56,410 nucleotides of DNA, taken from positions 1 through 56,410 of IMG/VR virus record IMGVR_UViG_3300022592_000005; one strand, written 5' to 3'. The notes beneath the pieces are model-generated. The model was given only the letters and a program-made list of their open reading frames with translations, did no database searches and was not told the origin of the DNA. Shown here one piece after another: positions 20,376 through 32,267 of this stretch. The stretch is from a virus. Its lineage: Duplodnaviria > Caudoviricetes. How positions within the stretch are numbered: position 1 is the first letter of the stretch; each line of letters starts with the position of its first letter. The position numbers and the translations under genes are program-made.

Positions 20376-20995
20376 TATGTAAGTAAGTTAATTGCCTCGT
20401 TGTAGTGTTTAATACGATCATCAAGACCGATGTATCCACCATTGATTTTCTTTGTCATTAGTTTGATGTCACCATTATCTGCCTGAACATTCAAACCATT
20501 TTTATTCCAGAACCAAATAGCTGACATTAATGCGAAGTCGCGATCGGCAGTTACCCAGTCTGGGTTATCAACAACATTCTGCCAATCTTCAAACATCTCT
20601 TTAGCAAATGCTGTGTAGTTTGCGCGACCAGTTAATTGAATTGGTCCACGACCACGGAAACGATATCCGTCTCCAGATTCTGGTCCACCATTACCCATAC
20701 GATTAGCATAAATCTTGTTTGCAATCTTTTCTGGTTGACGAGCGTATGGTGTTGCTTCTTCGATCGTAGGGAAATACTTCTTGAAAATACTATTCAATCC
20801 CTGTGCCGAATAATTCAAATTCTCTTCAAACACTGTCCAACCACCAGACTCATGACCACACTGAGCGAGGAATGCTGCTACACGCTGTGGTGTGTTAATG
20901 TCGTATTGTGGAAATACTTCATTCATAGAGTTAGCCCATGATTCTGGATCTTGAGCACGTGGGAATAGATGCTTAAACTGTTCTGCTGTAATCAT
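20375..20995 (-). CDS. GH19 chitinase-like endolysin
   Basis: AAFLAQ.GHES, ENLNYS, GDGYRFRGRG.IQLTGR.NY, INGG..GL.DR. Confidence 0.93.
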   Translation of the reverse strand: MITAEQFKHLFPRAQDPESWANSMNEVFPQYDINTPQRVAAFLAQCGHESGGWTVFEENLNYSAQGLNSIFKKYFPTIEEATPYARQPEKIANKIYANRMGNGGPESGDGYRFRGRGPIQLTGRANYTAFAKEMFEDWQNVVDNPDWVTADRDFALMSAIWFWNKNGLNVQADNGDIKLMTKKINGGYIGLDDRIKHYNEAINLLT

Positions 20996-21765
20996 TTCTT
21001 ATTATCCTTATCTTCATAATCTTCGTATCGAATCTTAGCAAGGATATAGTCTTTTACTAATGATGAGCGAACAATGTCGTCTACGGTAAATTCAATACGA
21101 GTGAAGGCACCCATGTGTTGAGCGATATCAAAGAATTTTAAAATTCCAGTAACATCGTTCTTACGTTTATTCAAGTCTGTCTGGCGATAATCACCACACC
21201 ATAAAATTTTCGATCGATAACCGACACGAGTCATAACGGTATCAATCTCTTCAAATGTTAAGTTCTGCATCTCATCAACAATAATGATTGCATCATCAAA
21301 ACTCATACCACGAATGAAACTCGTGGAGATAAAACTAATATGTCCTTGTTCTTCTAATCTATCCCATGCGTCTTTTCGGTCGAATAAAGTTTGACAGATC
21401 TGACGATATGGTTGTTCATAAATTTCCATCTTCTCATTAACGTCTCCTGGAAGATGACCGATCTCACGTGATTGAACAGCGGAACGAACTACAATAATCT
21501 TATTAAAGGGATTACCTTTATCAAGAACTTCTTCAATCGCTTTATATAATGCGCAAAAAGTTTTTCCTGTACCAGCTACTCCGTGTAATGCAACGAAGTA
21601 GTCGCCACGTTTATATGCATCAAAAAATAATTTCTGATTGTCTGTTAATGGCTGGAAAGTTTTTAAATCATCAATTCTTACCTTTAAGGTATTATTCACG
21701 GGTTTTGTTTTTAGCTCAACTTGTACATTATCTATTGGTTTTGTTTTTGCTGCAGCACGAGCCAT
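20992..21765 (-). CDS. phoH: PhoH-family ATPase
   Basis: G.AGTGKT, IGHLPG...EK, FIRG.SF, VDEMQN, GD.RQ.DL, DIVRS. Confidence 0.95.
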   Translation of the reverse strand: MARAAAKTKPIDNVQVELKTKPVNNTLKVRIDDLKTFQPLTDNQKLFFDAYKRGDYFVALHGVAGTGKTFCALYKAIEEVLDKGNPFNKIIVVRSAVQSREIGHLPGDVNEKMEIYEQPYRQICQTLFDRKDAWDRLEEQGHISFISTSFIRGMSFDDAIIIVDEMQNLTFEEIDTVMTRVGYRSKILWCGDYRQTDLNKRKNDVTGILKFFDIAQHMGAFTRIEFTVDDIVRSSLVKDYILAKIRYEDYEDKDNKK

Positions 21766-21775
21766 TATGTTCCTT

Positions 21776-22021
21776 CTAAATTTGTGACGAATTTGTGTTT
21801 AAAGTGCTTCCTGGTGATCGTTCGTGTATTTTTTGAAGAACCTCCTTAAATCCTGAATCGGTTTTACGTGCACCAACTCTAACTGGATCGCAGATCATGG
21901 GCGATTGAATAACTGTTTCTAACTGTGGATTCTCTGCTCTGAATGTGTCCAATTCAGAGATCCTCATTACTTTCTCAAACTGTTCACCAGTTTCTTTATT
22001 TCGAAATACATAAGTTGGCAT
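21776..22021 (-). CDS. FmdB-like small protein
   Basis: MPTY.F....TGE start and GFKEVL.KI motif; upstream of phoH. Confidence 0.65.
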   Translation of the reverse strand: MPTYVFRNKETGEQFEKVMRISELDTFRAENPQLETVIQSPMICDPVRVGARKTDSGFKEVLQKIHERSPGSTLNTNSSQI

Positions 22022-22042
22022 TATAATTCTCCCTAATTGTAT

Positions 22043-22585
22043 TTAGCAAACCCAATATGGTTGAACTCGGTTTTTCCAAGAAAACATTCTGGTTTTATCG
22101 CCAAGATAGTAATTTTTATAAGACTGAATAGAATCTCCAGGAACTTTATAGTCATCGGGCATGGCTGGAGTTGGTTCTGTAAATCGACCAGTTGGTATAT
22201 TTGCAGGGAAGTTATTCTTTAATTCTTGCATTAAACCGATCTGTTCTACCTTATGAACTTTACCGTATCTATAAGTATATTCCTTGCAGCATTCTTCAAG
22301 TAACTCGGTAAGCCACATGTAGTTTTTATCAGACTGTCTTACCCAAATAGCGGACGGATGATTAACGTGAGTGGCGGAATAGAGAAGACTGTCAAGATCG
22401 CTTTCCAGTTTATAATATTTCTGCTTTCGACCAGTCTTAGACAGACGAGTAGATTCAGTGCCATCAAGCACACGATGAGCTGTTGATAGTAGTTGAGCAT
22501 ATTCAAGAATCATCTTTACGCAATGTTTGTCCACATGCATTTGAGCGCATGTCCTAGGTTTGTTATCAAGATAAAAAATGTTCAT
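22043..22585 (-). CDS. Pyrimidine-dimer DNA glycosylase family protein
   Basis: MNIF.LD....CA..H.DKH..KM.LE.AQLLST, HP...W, EY..RYGK.H. Confidence 0.85.
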   Translation of the reverse strand: MNIFYLDNKPRTCAQMHVDKHCVKMILEYAQLLSTAHRVLDGTESTRLSKTGRKQKYYKLESDLDSLLYSATHVNHPSAIWVRQSDKNYMWLTELLEECCKEYTYRYGKVHKVEQIGLMQELKNNFPANIPTGRFTEPTPAMPDDYKVPGDSIQSYKNYYLGDKTRMFSWKNRVQPYWVC

Positions 22586-23214
22586 AATTTAAATTTAAAG
22601 TTACCAGATACTGAGATCCGATATTCGTCACTGGAAAAGAAAGGGTGTACGCAATGTTTCATTCTTGACGGAAACATTAAGAATGTTCCTTCATAACTTT
22701 TATCCGTTGGTATGTTTGTCACCTGAATATCTCCAAGTGTTCCAACAGTAATAAAGTAGAATGTTCCTGCACGATTGCGCTCTACAGGAATCTGAGGATT
22801 AAACAACAATTCATCTTCTATAGTATACGGTATTTGAATATACAAAGCAAAACTCATTATACCATCATGGTGATGAATTGGATTAAATTCGTATTTCTTT
22901 TGAAAGTTTACCCATGCTGTATCAAGAACAACTTCTGGTTGTTTCTTTTCAAACCCAGTTATGGTGTTGAAGTTTAAATTAAAATGATCTGTGTTGTAAT
23001 ACTGCCAGAAGTAAGGTAACAGTGTTTTCTCGATATGGTCTTTAGACTTGACCAAAGTGTATTCGTTCTGAATATTCCCAGCAAGATATTTGGTGTGATC
23101 TTTGGCAGACAGAAAATCCTGTTGAATCTCTGCGATCTCTGATTTAATCGGAGCCAGTTGCTCCGATGTTAAACAATCTTTAAGATATCCGTAGCTGGGA
23201 ATATCCACAATCAT
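22582..23214 (-). CDS. 2OG-Fe(II) oxygenase
   Basis: WVN.QK..EFNP.H.H, FPS.M.H.V.PF, RISVSGN. Confidence 0.85.
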   Translation of the reverse strand: MIVDIPSYGYLKDCLTSEQLAPIKSEIAEIQQDFLSAKDHTKYLAGNIQNEYTLVKSKDHIEKTLLPYFWQYYNTDHFNLNFNTITGFEKKQPEVVLDTAWVNFQKKYEFNPIHHHDGIMSFALYIQIPYTIEDELLFNPQIPVERNRAGTFYFITVGTLGDIQVTNIPTDKSYEGTFLMFPSRMKHCVHPFFSSDEYRISVSGNFKFKL

Positions 23215-23479
23215 ATTTGAGTAGTTCCGTTCTTATATTGAACACGTGGTACGTCTTCCCATGTTCCATAAATTTTAACATTACCATATTGGTCATGAGT
23301 ATTTCGTTTATACTGCAATGCAACCTTTACGATTTTATTATTATCGTCAACATACTCAACTACGTGAACCTCGTAGCTAATCGGCTCTGGCATCGTAATA
23401 GATGGAGCAGTTGCAGCTGGTGGTGGAGGTGGAGATGGTGGAACAGAACCGAAAAATGTATTTGTAGATAATGTTTGAT

Positions 23480-23770
23480 TCATTGTGTAAGCATCCGAAT
23501 TAAACCGACAGTATCAATACTTGTTAACAAGATGTAGTTAGCAAGCATCCCAAAAGATTTCCTAGTAAAAGCAGACCAAGCATACATGGCACAGCCACTA
23601 ATCCAAACAGGATACAACATAATGAGAGGGGGATTAGGGACGGTGAGTGCCATAGTGATCGAGCAGCCAATACTAATAGCCCAAGCGAGAAGCTCCACAC
23701 TAAAACGAAACTTATTTGAATTCCAGTCATCTTTAATCCACTCAAAGGTTTTAAAAAATAAATCGTTCAT
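23480..23770 (-). CDS. Small membrane protein
   Basis: Three hydrophobic segments. Confidence 0.65.
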   Translation of the reverse strand: MNDLFFKTFEWIKDDWNSNKFRFSVELLAWAISIGCSITMALTVPNPPLIMLYPVWISGCAMYAWSAFTRKSFGMLANYILLTSIDTVGLIRMLTQ

Positions 23771-24267
23771 GATCGTAAAGCATTTAATGCATGAATTTGG
23801 GTTATAGTTGAATCCAAGATAGCATTCGTTTCACTAGAATGGGAATGTAGGATACCATGGCCACCAGCCCTAATAAAAGGACCAATGCAACCAGATGAAT
23901 CATCAATAAGAATCGAGGTGGGAGTTGCATATTTTGCTTTTTCTTCCTTTGATCTTACGAAGTTCGCCTTGTATGGAATATTGTGTTTATTCAACCAGAA
24001 CAACTTTTGTTGTTTCGCCGATTCACCCTGAAAGGGGTCATGTGTTCCCATTGATGTAAGAATCTCAATGTTAACACCACGCAATTTAGAAACATGGTTC
24101 AACAGTTCCTGCGTATCGGGCATGAAGTCAAGGTCTTCAAAAATTTTGTATTCCATCACTGCTGATCGGAACTTCTTTCGATCTTCTTTGTGTGGGTCAT
24201 ATTGAGTGTATGCCTTATTGAAATCGGCAAGAACACCATCCATATCTAAGTATAAAGTAATCATCAT
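23767..24267 (-). CDS. HAD-family 5'(3')-deoxyribonucleotidase
   Basis: YLDMDGVLADF, K..WL, K.KYA....LIDD motifs. Confidence 0.88.
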   Translation of the reverse strand: MMITLYLDMDGVLADFNKAYTQYDPHKEDRKKFRSAVMEYKIFEDLDFMPDTQELLNHVSKLRGVNIEILTSMGTHDPFQGESAKQQKLFWLNKHNIPYKANFVRSKEEKAKYATPTSILIDDSSGCIGPFIRAGGHGILHSHSSETNAILDSTITQIHALNALRS

Positions 24268-24305
24268 AGTATAATTATACCCCAAAACTGATTAAAAGTC
24301 AAGCA

Positions 24306-24683
24306 TTATTTCACGAATTTCGCAAAATCTGGTGGTTTCCAGCCCTCTGGCTTAAGGATCTTTCCGTCTTCTCTGCGGATAACCTTACCAGTGGTAGGGT
24401 CAATTTTGATTAGATTGGACTTTGCACCTTCGTCCCATGCTCGTTCGCAATCCCAGCCACGTGCCTTCATATAGCCAACGATGACCCAAATCATATCGAA
24501 GCATGCGTCAAGTTGTTCTGCGTTATCATTGTGAACAACGGCATCAAGGAATTCTTCATATTCTTCCTTGATCAATTTGTAGTATAGCAACGACAAATCA
24601 TTTTGTTCTGCAGTTGGACTATTCGCATGTTTCTGTCCACATGCCTGTAGGAAAACTTCCACATCGGTAAATACTTTAGTCAT
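24306..24683 (-). CDS. MazG-like/PRA-PH all-alpha NTP pyrophosphohydrolase
   Basis: LI.EEY.E, DA..D..WV..G, SN..K, REDGK.LKP.GW.PP. Confidence 0.85.
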   Translation of the reverse strand: MTKVFTDVEVFLQACGQKHANSPTAEQNDLSLLYYKLIKEEYEEFLDAVVHNDNAEQLDACFDMIWVIVGYMKARGWDCERAWDEGAKSNLIKIDPTTGKVIRREDGKILKPEGWKPPDFAKFVK

Positions 24684-25059
24684 TGCATTCTCTTTCAATC
24701 TTTTGTTTTGGAACAGGGAAATTTCTATCGTAGTCATAATACGATGGTGAGTGCTGTTCAACTTCTTTCACATATTCAACAATCTCAAGATTACCGTCAA
24801 AGTGAAAACCACAACCACGAAGGAAGTTCTCGAAGTTTCCGATAATATCGTCAAGTTGCTCAGAATTAAATTCAGAAGTAATTTTACGTTCGATCTCGAA
24901 ATCGTAATTCATATCTTCCAAAAGTAACGTAAATTTATTCATTAGTCATGTTCCTCCATCATCCATAACAGTTTTTTAATTTGTAATTTTAACTCTGCGT
25001 TCTCATCTTTGAGTCGCATATTTTCTTTCATATAATGCTCAAGGGCAGTCTCAGCGTAT

Positions 25060-25260
25060 TCACACTGATTCGATGATTGATTCTGTTCCATCTTTTTCCC
25101 TCTTTCGCATTGTCCATGAGCCATCCTTATTATCGATCCACTCGATAACGTCGCCCTCTTTCCATCCTGCCGATTCCATTAGATCATCGGGAAATTCCAG
25201 AATACAGTCACCTGTCTCTGGATCTTCCTTCACATCAAGAACCCAATTCGTTTTAGTCAT
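25060..25260 (-). CDS. AbrB/MazE-like DNA-binding protein
   Basis: GD.ILEFP.D.....GWKEGD.IEW....DGS motif. Confidence 0.65.
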   Translation of the reverse strand: MTKTNWVLDVKEDPETGDCILEFPDDLMESAGWKEGDVIEWIDNKDGSWTMRKREKDGTESIIESV

Positions 25261-25585
25261 AGTTAAGTTCCAAAAAGTTTGTGTCTTCATCAAGAACTTT
25301 AATGAAGATGTCGTTCTCCGCATGTTCCTTGATCATGGCAGACATAACACCCCAACCATAACCAGTGGAACCATAGGAATTTTTACGGCAGTTATAAACT
25401 GATCCGCTACTACCTTTGAAGTGAAAGACATCGGCAACACATGTTGCCTCAGTAATTCCAGAATTTAACTTCCATGAGTCTCCATTGAGATAACCACCAC
25501 CCCATGTTCCGAAGACACGATGATGTGTTTTATCTCCATGTGTAATGGAAACGACTAACCAACGATCTGGTGAGTATTCGCTCAT
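25253..25585 (-). CDS. Hypothetical protein
   Basis: Y.PD.W, W.GGYL.GDSWKLNSGI, G.SGS.Y.C motif seen in large phages. Confidence 0.7.
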   Translation of the reverse strand: MSEYSPDRWLVVSITHGDKTHHRVFGTWGGGYLNGDSWKLNSGITEATCVADVFHFKGSSGSVYNCRKNSYGSTGYGWGVMSAMIKEHAENDIFIKVLDEDTNFLELNYD

Positions 25586-26505
25586 AATTCTACAACTTTC
25601 AATTCAAAATTGTCTGCAAGATCCTCATATCCAATGTAACCACGTGGATTACAAACGATGCGAGTGTCTCCGATTTTATAGTCAAACAGCTCATGAGTGT
25701 GACCATGAGTCCATAGTTTAATTCCAGGGCGATTCATAATGAACTCGGACAGATCGCTATGATATCCACCATTCATTACCTGATCATCTTTGTAGCGAGG
25801 ATGACATGACTGATGACTCGGTGTGTGATGTCCAACAACGACCATCTGTTTCCATGGTGGCATACCTTCATAAACTACACGAATGTAGTCAAGCATCTTA
25901 CGATGATCCTCGACAGCATCTATCGGTGAGAACTTCGCTGGTTGTTCCTTCATCTTCATTCCAATCTGATGTGGTTGACCAGTCTCCGTCTTCATGAGAG
26001 ATCCATCGGGATTATACTCATACACTGGAACCTTTGAATATACAACTCGTTCGCTGTTTTTTACACAGCGAAAGTCGTTCATCATCGAAGTCATCGCATG
26101 CAGAGTGATAGGATCTTCTTTGTTCATATCTGTCCAAAGCGTTCCACCCACAAATACCGTGTCGTCCAACTCGAAGACTTCCTTGTCAAGAACATGGACA
26201 TTTTTGAGATATTCCAACTTGCGTTTCAGCTCGGGCAGTGTGTACTTGAAGTCACCATGATAGTGCTCATGATTCCCTGCAACATAGATGACATGGGGAA
26301 ATTTCTCGGAACAGTTCTGAAAGAAGGTGTGTAGTCTGAGACTACGATGACCCATGAAACCCATCTCTTCCTGTCTGCGATCGTACACACCCATGTCTCT
26401 TTCAACACAGATATCACCAGAAAGAATCAGTACATCGACTCCTGGATTCTCAAGGACAACATCACCGAACTCCAGATGAAGGTCACTGCAAACTGCTATT
26501 TTCAT
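25582..26505 (-). CDS. Calcineurin-like metallophosphoesterase
   Basis: SDLHLE, GDI, GNHEHY, HH.P, HGHTH, NPRGY. Confidence 0.9.
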   Translation of the reverse strand: MKIAVCSDLHLEFGDVVLENPGVDVLILSGDICVERDMGVYDRRQEEMGFMGHRSLRLHTFFQNCSEKFPHVIYVAGNHEHYHGDFKYTLPELKRKLEYLKNVHVLDKEVFELDDTVFVGGTLWTDMNKEDPITLHAMTSMMNDFRCVKNSERVVYSKVPVYEYNPDGSLMKTETGQPHQIGMKMKEQPAKFSPIDAVEDHRKMLDYIRVVYEGMPPWKQMVVVGHHTPSHQSCHPRYKDDQVMNGGYHSDLSEFIMNRPGIKLWTHGHTHELFDYKIGDTRIVCNPRGYIGYEDLADNFELKVVEL

Positions 26506-28062
26506 TGCTTCTCTCTTTATAATATCGATACATTGCAACATAAGCAGCAAACCTGCGTGGCTCATGTTCAAAGTTTGGAAGTGAGTCGCCGTAGTGTCTC
26601 ACCAACTCATTATAGAATGCCAGTGCTTCCTCATCGCTCATGGCAACTTCCTTATATGATCAATTACCGCTTTAGCCATGGATAAGTCTGTCTTCTCAAC
26701 GGCAGAATCAATCAAGTCCAGCCGCATAGTCTCTAGTTTATCTCTCTCTAAGCGAAGCGTCTCGGACTCGGTCTTATAGGATTTATCCATAACCTTTGGT
26801 TTATACAGACTTGCCAGTAACTCTGGCGTCATCTCGACAAACTCATTCTCATAGACATTTTCCCATGTTCCATCGGGTTTCAATCGAATTTTCAATATCT
26901 TTTTATTCATCTATTCCCCTTAGTATGAAACAAATTCCGGACATAATGAACAATGCCAATGCAATATCGGCATTATCAACCTTTCCAGTACAAAGAACTC
27001 CAAGTCCAGTCAGAAGGGTTGTAAAACCAACGAATTTCAATAACATCATTCTCATACAGCAAGTATACTCCGAATTTCCATAAAAGTCAAGTTAAAAGAT
27101 CTACAATACTCTGAATAACCGATACATTCTCATGTAGTCTCGATGCCATATCTGCAACACTCCAATGCCTTTCAAGCATCTCCTTTACAGCCAGTATTAG
27201 ATCTCTTTTATACATAATTAGCCTTTCTGGTCTAAGTATAAACTTCCAACACGAATCATCAGTTCTGCCTGTTCTTTGTTCATTGGTATTTGCACTGAAG
27301 AACCATCCCTCAGTGGATCTACACCGAAAAGAACATCCCCAGCATGCCTTGGAAAAGTCGAACCCCAATCGGCAATGAATTGAATATCCTCTTCCTCGTT
27401 ATTACCCTTTGCTTCTCCTGGAGGCGATGCGATGTAATACATGATACCCTCGTACTCAGTCTCAACCCTTACAATACCAACCATTGTACGACCGCAAAAC
27501 CATAGTGTGTCTAGAATCTTCATATTAACCTCCAAAGCCAAATATCTCTTCGTATAGATCCAGTAGTTCTTCATTGGAAAGGTTATTCAACTCATGGGGT
27601 GAAATGTCCAATTCGTTTTGAAGATCTGGTGCTTCAATCAATGCCTCTGTAATACGACTTATAACCAAGTTTCTCATACGACCTTTGTAACCTAAAAAAT
27701 TTTGCAGCGATTTTTTGACCGACTTTCCGATGGGATTCGTCCAGCTGATGCAGTGATGGTGATCTTGGTGAAATTCGGTCGGGTCGCAAGCCCATCGTCC
27801 CATACCACCTAAGGGGACCCGACGATTCGTTTTCCCCATTTCCGATTTCCAATACTACATCAACAAAACTTTGTCATAAGACAAAGTATACTCCCATGCT
27901 GAATTAAAGTCAATTTCCCACTTTTGCAAGAAACCTTTGGTGTACTATCTGATTCACATACTCCACTGGACAGGACAACTGATCGGCGATTTCCTGGCAT
28001 AGCAGATGAGTCGTGTCCAGCAGGTAGTTGATGTTTTCGTATAGTTCCTTCATAAAACCTCC

Positions 28063-28965
28063 TTAGGCAGTCAACATATAAGAAGCAAGATCTTTCCAGT
28101 CTTTGTTGGAAGCACGGATCTTGGTCACAGCGATAAGAGTACGAAGACTGATTTCTTTGGCTTCGTCCTTGAGTTCACGGATAAGAGCAAGGGCATCAGC
28201 CTTGGCTTTGGCATCATACTCTGGCATAAACTCATCACTGGAAGCAATGTGTTCCATACGGTCAATCTTCTGAACAGCAGTCATTGACAGGTCGATCATC
28301 ATAGAACGTGAACGGATCGCTTGGTCAATGTTGTTTTGGTCCATATTGGAGATGAAGATCACACGACCCTCGAAGTTGAAGCTACGTGGAAGGTCATCGT
28401 CACGCATATCGGCATTCCAGCTGATAATACGCTTACCGTAGGAATCAAGGGCAGACTTGAGAATGTTCAGTGCAACTGGGTCTTTCAGTACAGCGTCACA
28501 GTCGTCGAACACGATCACGGACTTGTTGTTTTCGAACAGTGTACGATACAAACCCTTAGGTGTAGAGTAACCCTTCACAGTGGTGAAGCACTTGCGAGTG
28601 TTGATTACAGAACCTACTTGGAAGTCGGCAAGGTCAGAAATATCTTTGTAGCCAGCAGACTCCAAAGTCTTGGTAACGGTATAAGTCTTACCAAGTCCAC
28701 CCTCACCAGTGATAACGGCACTTGGCTGAACACCAGAAGCGACCATATTCACGAGTTTTTCAACGAAGCCGAATCGTTCGTTGATACCGAATTTATCATT
28801 GCGAATTGCAGCAGAGGCAGTTTTCTCGTCGGATTCGAGTTTCGCAAGCATCTTTTCCAGATACTTCTTGTCACCAGTACGTTTAACCAAAGAACCCTTG
28901 AAGAAACCCTCAAATTTACCAGTTTTTGCATTAAAACGAATCTCGGTGGTAGCTACTGTCATCAT
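28063..28965 (-). CDS. P-loop (AAA-like) ATPase
   Basis: GEGGLGKT Walker A, VFDDCD Walker B, IFISN. Confidence 0.8.
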   Translation of the reverse strand: MMTVATTEIRFNAKTGKFEGFFKGSLVKRTGDKKYLEKMLAKLESDEKTASAAIRNDKFGINERFGFVEKLVNMVASGVQPSAVITGEGGLGKTYTVTKTLESAGYKDISDLADFQVGSVINTRKCFTTVKGYSTPKGLYRTLFENNKSVIVFDDCDAVLKDPVALNILKSALDSYGKRIISWNADMRDDDLPRSFNFEGRVIFISNMDQNNIDQAIRSRSMMIDLSMTAVQKIDRMEHIASSDEFMPEYDAKAKADALALIRELKDEAKEISLRTLIAVTKIRASNKDWKDLASYMLTA

Positions 28966-29146
28966 ATTTTCCTTTTCACTCAACATAATATAAGTATACT
29001 CCAAGTCCGAATTAAAGTAAAGCACTTTCAGAGAATAACCCTACTATCAGAAGGGTTTTAGAGACTCTAATTAGTCTTTTTTCAAACCCTACACTGTATT
29101 ATACCCCTGTGTCAAATAAAAGTCAAATTTATTTACTTGCAGACGT

Positions 29147-29485
29147 CTAAACCTCCGTCCAAAGGTCTCCACCCGATACAAACTGGTCCGAACCGATCTC
29201 AGAGACCACTGGTTCCATAAAAAGATCAAATGGATTGGTCTCCACCTGAGTTGGATCGAGTTTTTTATTGATTATTTCAATATTTCTTTGAGCACGTGCC
29301 TCCCATTTCCAGTTTTGCTCGCGACCCTCATACGATGTCATATGAATACGCTGAGAATTAGCGATTTTCGCCTTGGTAGTTGCCGAGTGGCGTCTGTTTT
29401 TATTTGAACACGTCTTTGAACAGAACGGACCACGCTGATTATGAATTTTACCGCAGAATGGACAGGTTTTTTTAGCGTAGCTCAT
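29147..29485 (-). CDS. Small Zn-finger/NUMOD3-like protein
   Basis: CPFCGK..FCSKTC followed by HS..TK.KI. Confidence 0.55.
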   Translation of the reverse strand: MSYAKKTCPFCGKIHNQRGPFCSKTCSNKNRRHSATTKAKIANSQRIHMTSYEGREQNWKWEARAQRNIEIINKKLDPTQVETNPFDLFMEPVVSEIGSDQFVSGGDLWTEV

Positions 29486-29544
29486 AGGATTTGCAGGTAG
29501 TAGACCATAGATCACTATTTATCAACCAGTTCATTTTCTCCCTG

Positions 29545-32267
29545 TCACTCTGGCAATACTATGGCATCCTTATATCCCTGGATCTCATCACTGGCTTCGA
29601 AGCAGTCACAGAACTTAAACTCAAAGCAGTGCTCATCTATGGGTAGATAATCAAATTCACAGCAGAAGTGCTTATACTTACCAGTCAGGGGTTTACCGTA
29701 GATAGCGATGGAATCTTCGTCTAATTCAGTCATTTTCAGTTCTCATTGTCATAGTTGGATTTGATACTGTACTGTTTGTAGAAGTGCTCAATGGAGATGT
29801 CTTCAGACTGTACGGTAAACCCTTTCTTCTTTGTTGGATCGGGTTCATTCCAGCGCACACGCATTCCTCCTGTATTCAGATTCAGCTGGACTACCTCAAC
29901 GATGGTCGGTGTTGGAATGAATAGTTGTTCAGTGCCACCTCGAACCCATTTTGGATTGCGGCGACTGACTGGTGCAACGATTTGCGGCAGACTCATTTTG
30001 CTTCCTTGATCATTGCTTGTGTGTAGTAGACGCTACCGCTGTAGTGACAGGCTACCGAGATTCCACCTTGACAAACATAACCTTCGCTTAGAAAGTCATT
30101 GACCCGAACCATCAGTTCTTTTGGGTTTGTTGCTTCAACCAGAATGTATTTCATATTAAACCTCGCATGTTTCGTACTGGCTGAAATAGAATGTATGTGG
30201 AACATTCAGCAGCAGCGCAGTGCGAGTTGATCTTTTCACATAGGTATTGCCATTACAGGAGAAAACCTCACCGATGGAAACAAGACGAAAGGTAACAAAC
30301 AGTGTTTTTCTCATATATTACTCGCAGGTTGTGTTAACGAAGGCATCAAAGATCGGACCAGTGTGTTCAATTTTCTTGCAGGTGGCAGCTACGGTGATAT
30401 GCTCCACGCATTGAGTCACCTTCAAAGAATAGTTGACTTGCTGGCGAGAGCAAACCGACTTGGTTCCAGGAAAGGTTTCGAGCACTGTTTGGTGACCCAG
30501 AACGGAGTTGATTAGAGCAAGAACCACCAACGCAGCACCAGAAAGAAACACACCAGCCACAAAGGCAGGAATCAACAAAAACGGATCACGGGCGATAGCC
30601 TTAAACATAACAAACCTTTCTTTTCTTCCTTACCTTAATTATACTGCAGAGAGCAATTAAAGTAAAGGAGTAACCCTCGAAAGTGAAAGGTTACTATTGT
30701 AAACTAAAAGGTTTACATTTATGCATTTTCAGTCCAGGTCTTCCCGCAGGCTGCACACTTGCAATCATACCATTGAACATATTCCATGGCACCCTCGCCC
30801 ACTAGGTTTTCTTCTCTAATCACAACGGTATGCTTACAGTCCTTTGCCCACTGCTTTATAAGTGGACCGAAGTCATATGTGACTCTGTAGTATGCCTCAG
30901 TGCCAGTGTTGAATACTTCAGTTACCGTTGTTTTCATTTGTCATTTCATCTATGATTATGGAGCTAATCCGCATTCCTCTTAGCTTTGGAGTTGGGCGAA
31001 CCTTCAGTGATATAGATTGTAGTGCATTTTTCAGAGCCATATTCCTACCCTGTGCATGTATGTTTGCAAGAGTGAGAATTTCCTGAATGTCAGGAATTTC
31101 CTTCCAGCCCTCAAGCAGAATACCATGTTCCACCATGCAACCACGCAGGTGTTCCGGACGTGTCACAACCATAATGTCCCGTGGAGATGGATACTGGCGA
31201 TTAAAGTTCTCATCGACACATCGCCTGTTATCAATCCAAATCCTACCCTGAATCTGAGACTTTGCAATGACGCAGTACTTCACCATACTAATGTTTTCAT
31301 AATTTGTTTCCAAATTGATCTGTTTCCACTGCCCAATGAACAACAATCCAGTCATCGAGACATCGTTCACGTGAAACCTCATCGCCATGGCCAGCCTCAA
31401 TCATCTTCATTGACCAGTACTTTATGTATGAAGAGAGAATCTGATCCTCGGACCATGTCTCTTGAACATGCTGACCATACTCGCCAGGAAATACAATTGT
31501 GTAATACTTCACCATACAGATACATCGGTTATGTTAATTGTTGTGTCTTTGTTTTCGAATAGAGAGAAATTCACTGTCAGTGTTGGACCGATTCCACTTT
31601 TACATTCTTCACAGAGAGTGTATTCCTTTGCATCGGGAAATCGTGTGAAGATCTCATTCAGCTGTTTCATCTGTTTATTTGTGAGTGTTATCATGTGTAA
31701 TTATCCAGTTTAGTGCATCTGTCAGTTCATGGAACCATTCAGATTTTGGTGCATTTTTGTTGTCTTTCCAACGATACTTCTTTCGTTCCCCTATGTCCCA
31801 GCTGTTTGATTGTGCATCCCATCTTGCCGAGACTGGGTCTTTTCCATGTTCAAGTATCATTAGTAACCCTCGTACTTTTCAAGTGCTTTAATAAGATCGG
31901 ACAGTGCTCTCTTGTCGAATGTAAAGTAAATTGGATGACCAAGTGTATTATCGTAGTTGTGCATTTGAATCATCATTACTGGATCACCATCGATGATGGA
32001 GAGATAGGGTTTTTCGTTTGGACCATAGATTGTTGTCATGGGCATTGACTCATATTCCTTTGTCTCATGCCTGTCCGCACCAGCTTCCATTGTCTCAGTC
32101 CAGTATGTGTAGGAATCATCAACGAAGTAATCTTCCTCTTCCATACCATGTTCCTTGCAGTATGGATGATCACCAGCGAATTGCGTGTGACGGACACAGG
32201 TCGCTGGCTTTCCGCACTCGATACAGACGTTGGCTTTTTCTCTATCTTCCGTTGTAAATGTAGTCAT
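29545..32267 (-). other. Cluster of short, tightly packed hypothetical (probably early) genes
   Basis: Overlapping minus-strand ORFs of roughly 50-135 aa with coupled starts/stops behind sigma70-like promoters. Confidence 0.6.

Noticed and set aside
28321-29061. 246-aa plus-strand ORF and other long antisense ORFs (31056-31562, 33163-33672, 33651-34226)
   Set aside because: Antisense shadows of minus-strand genes with no recognisable motif
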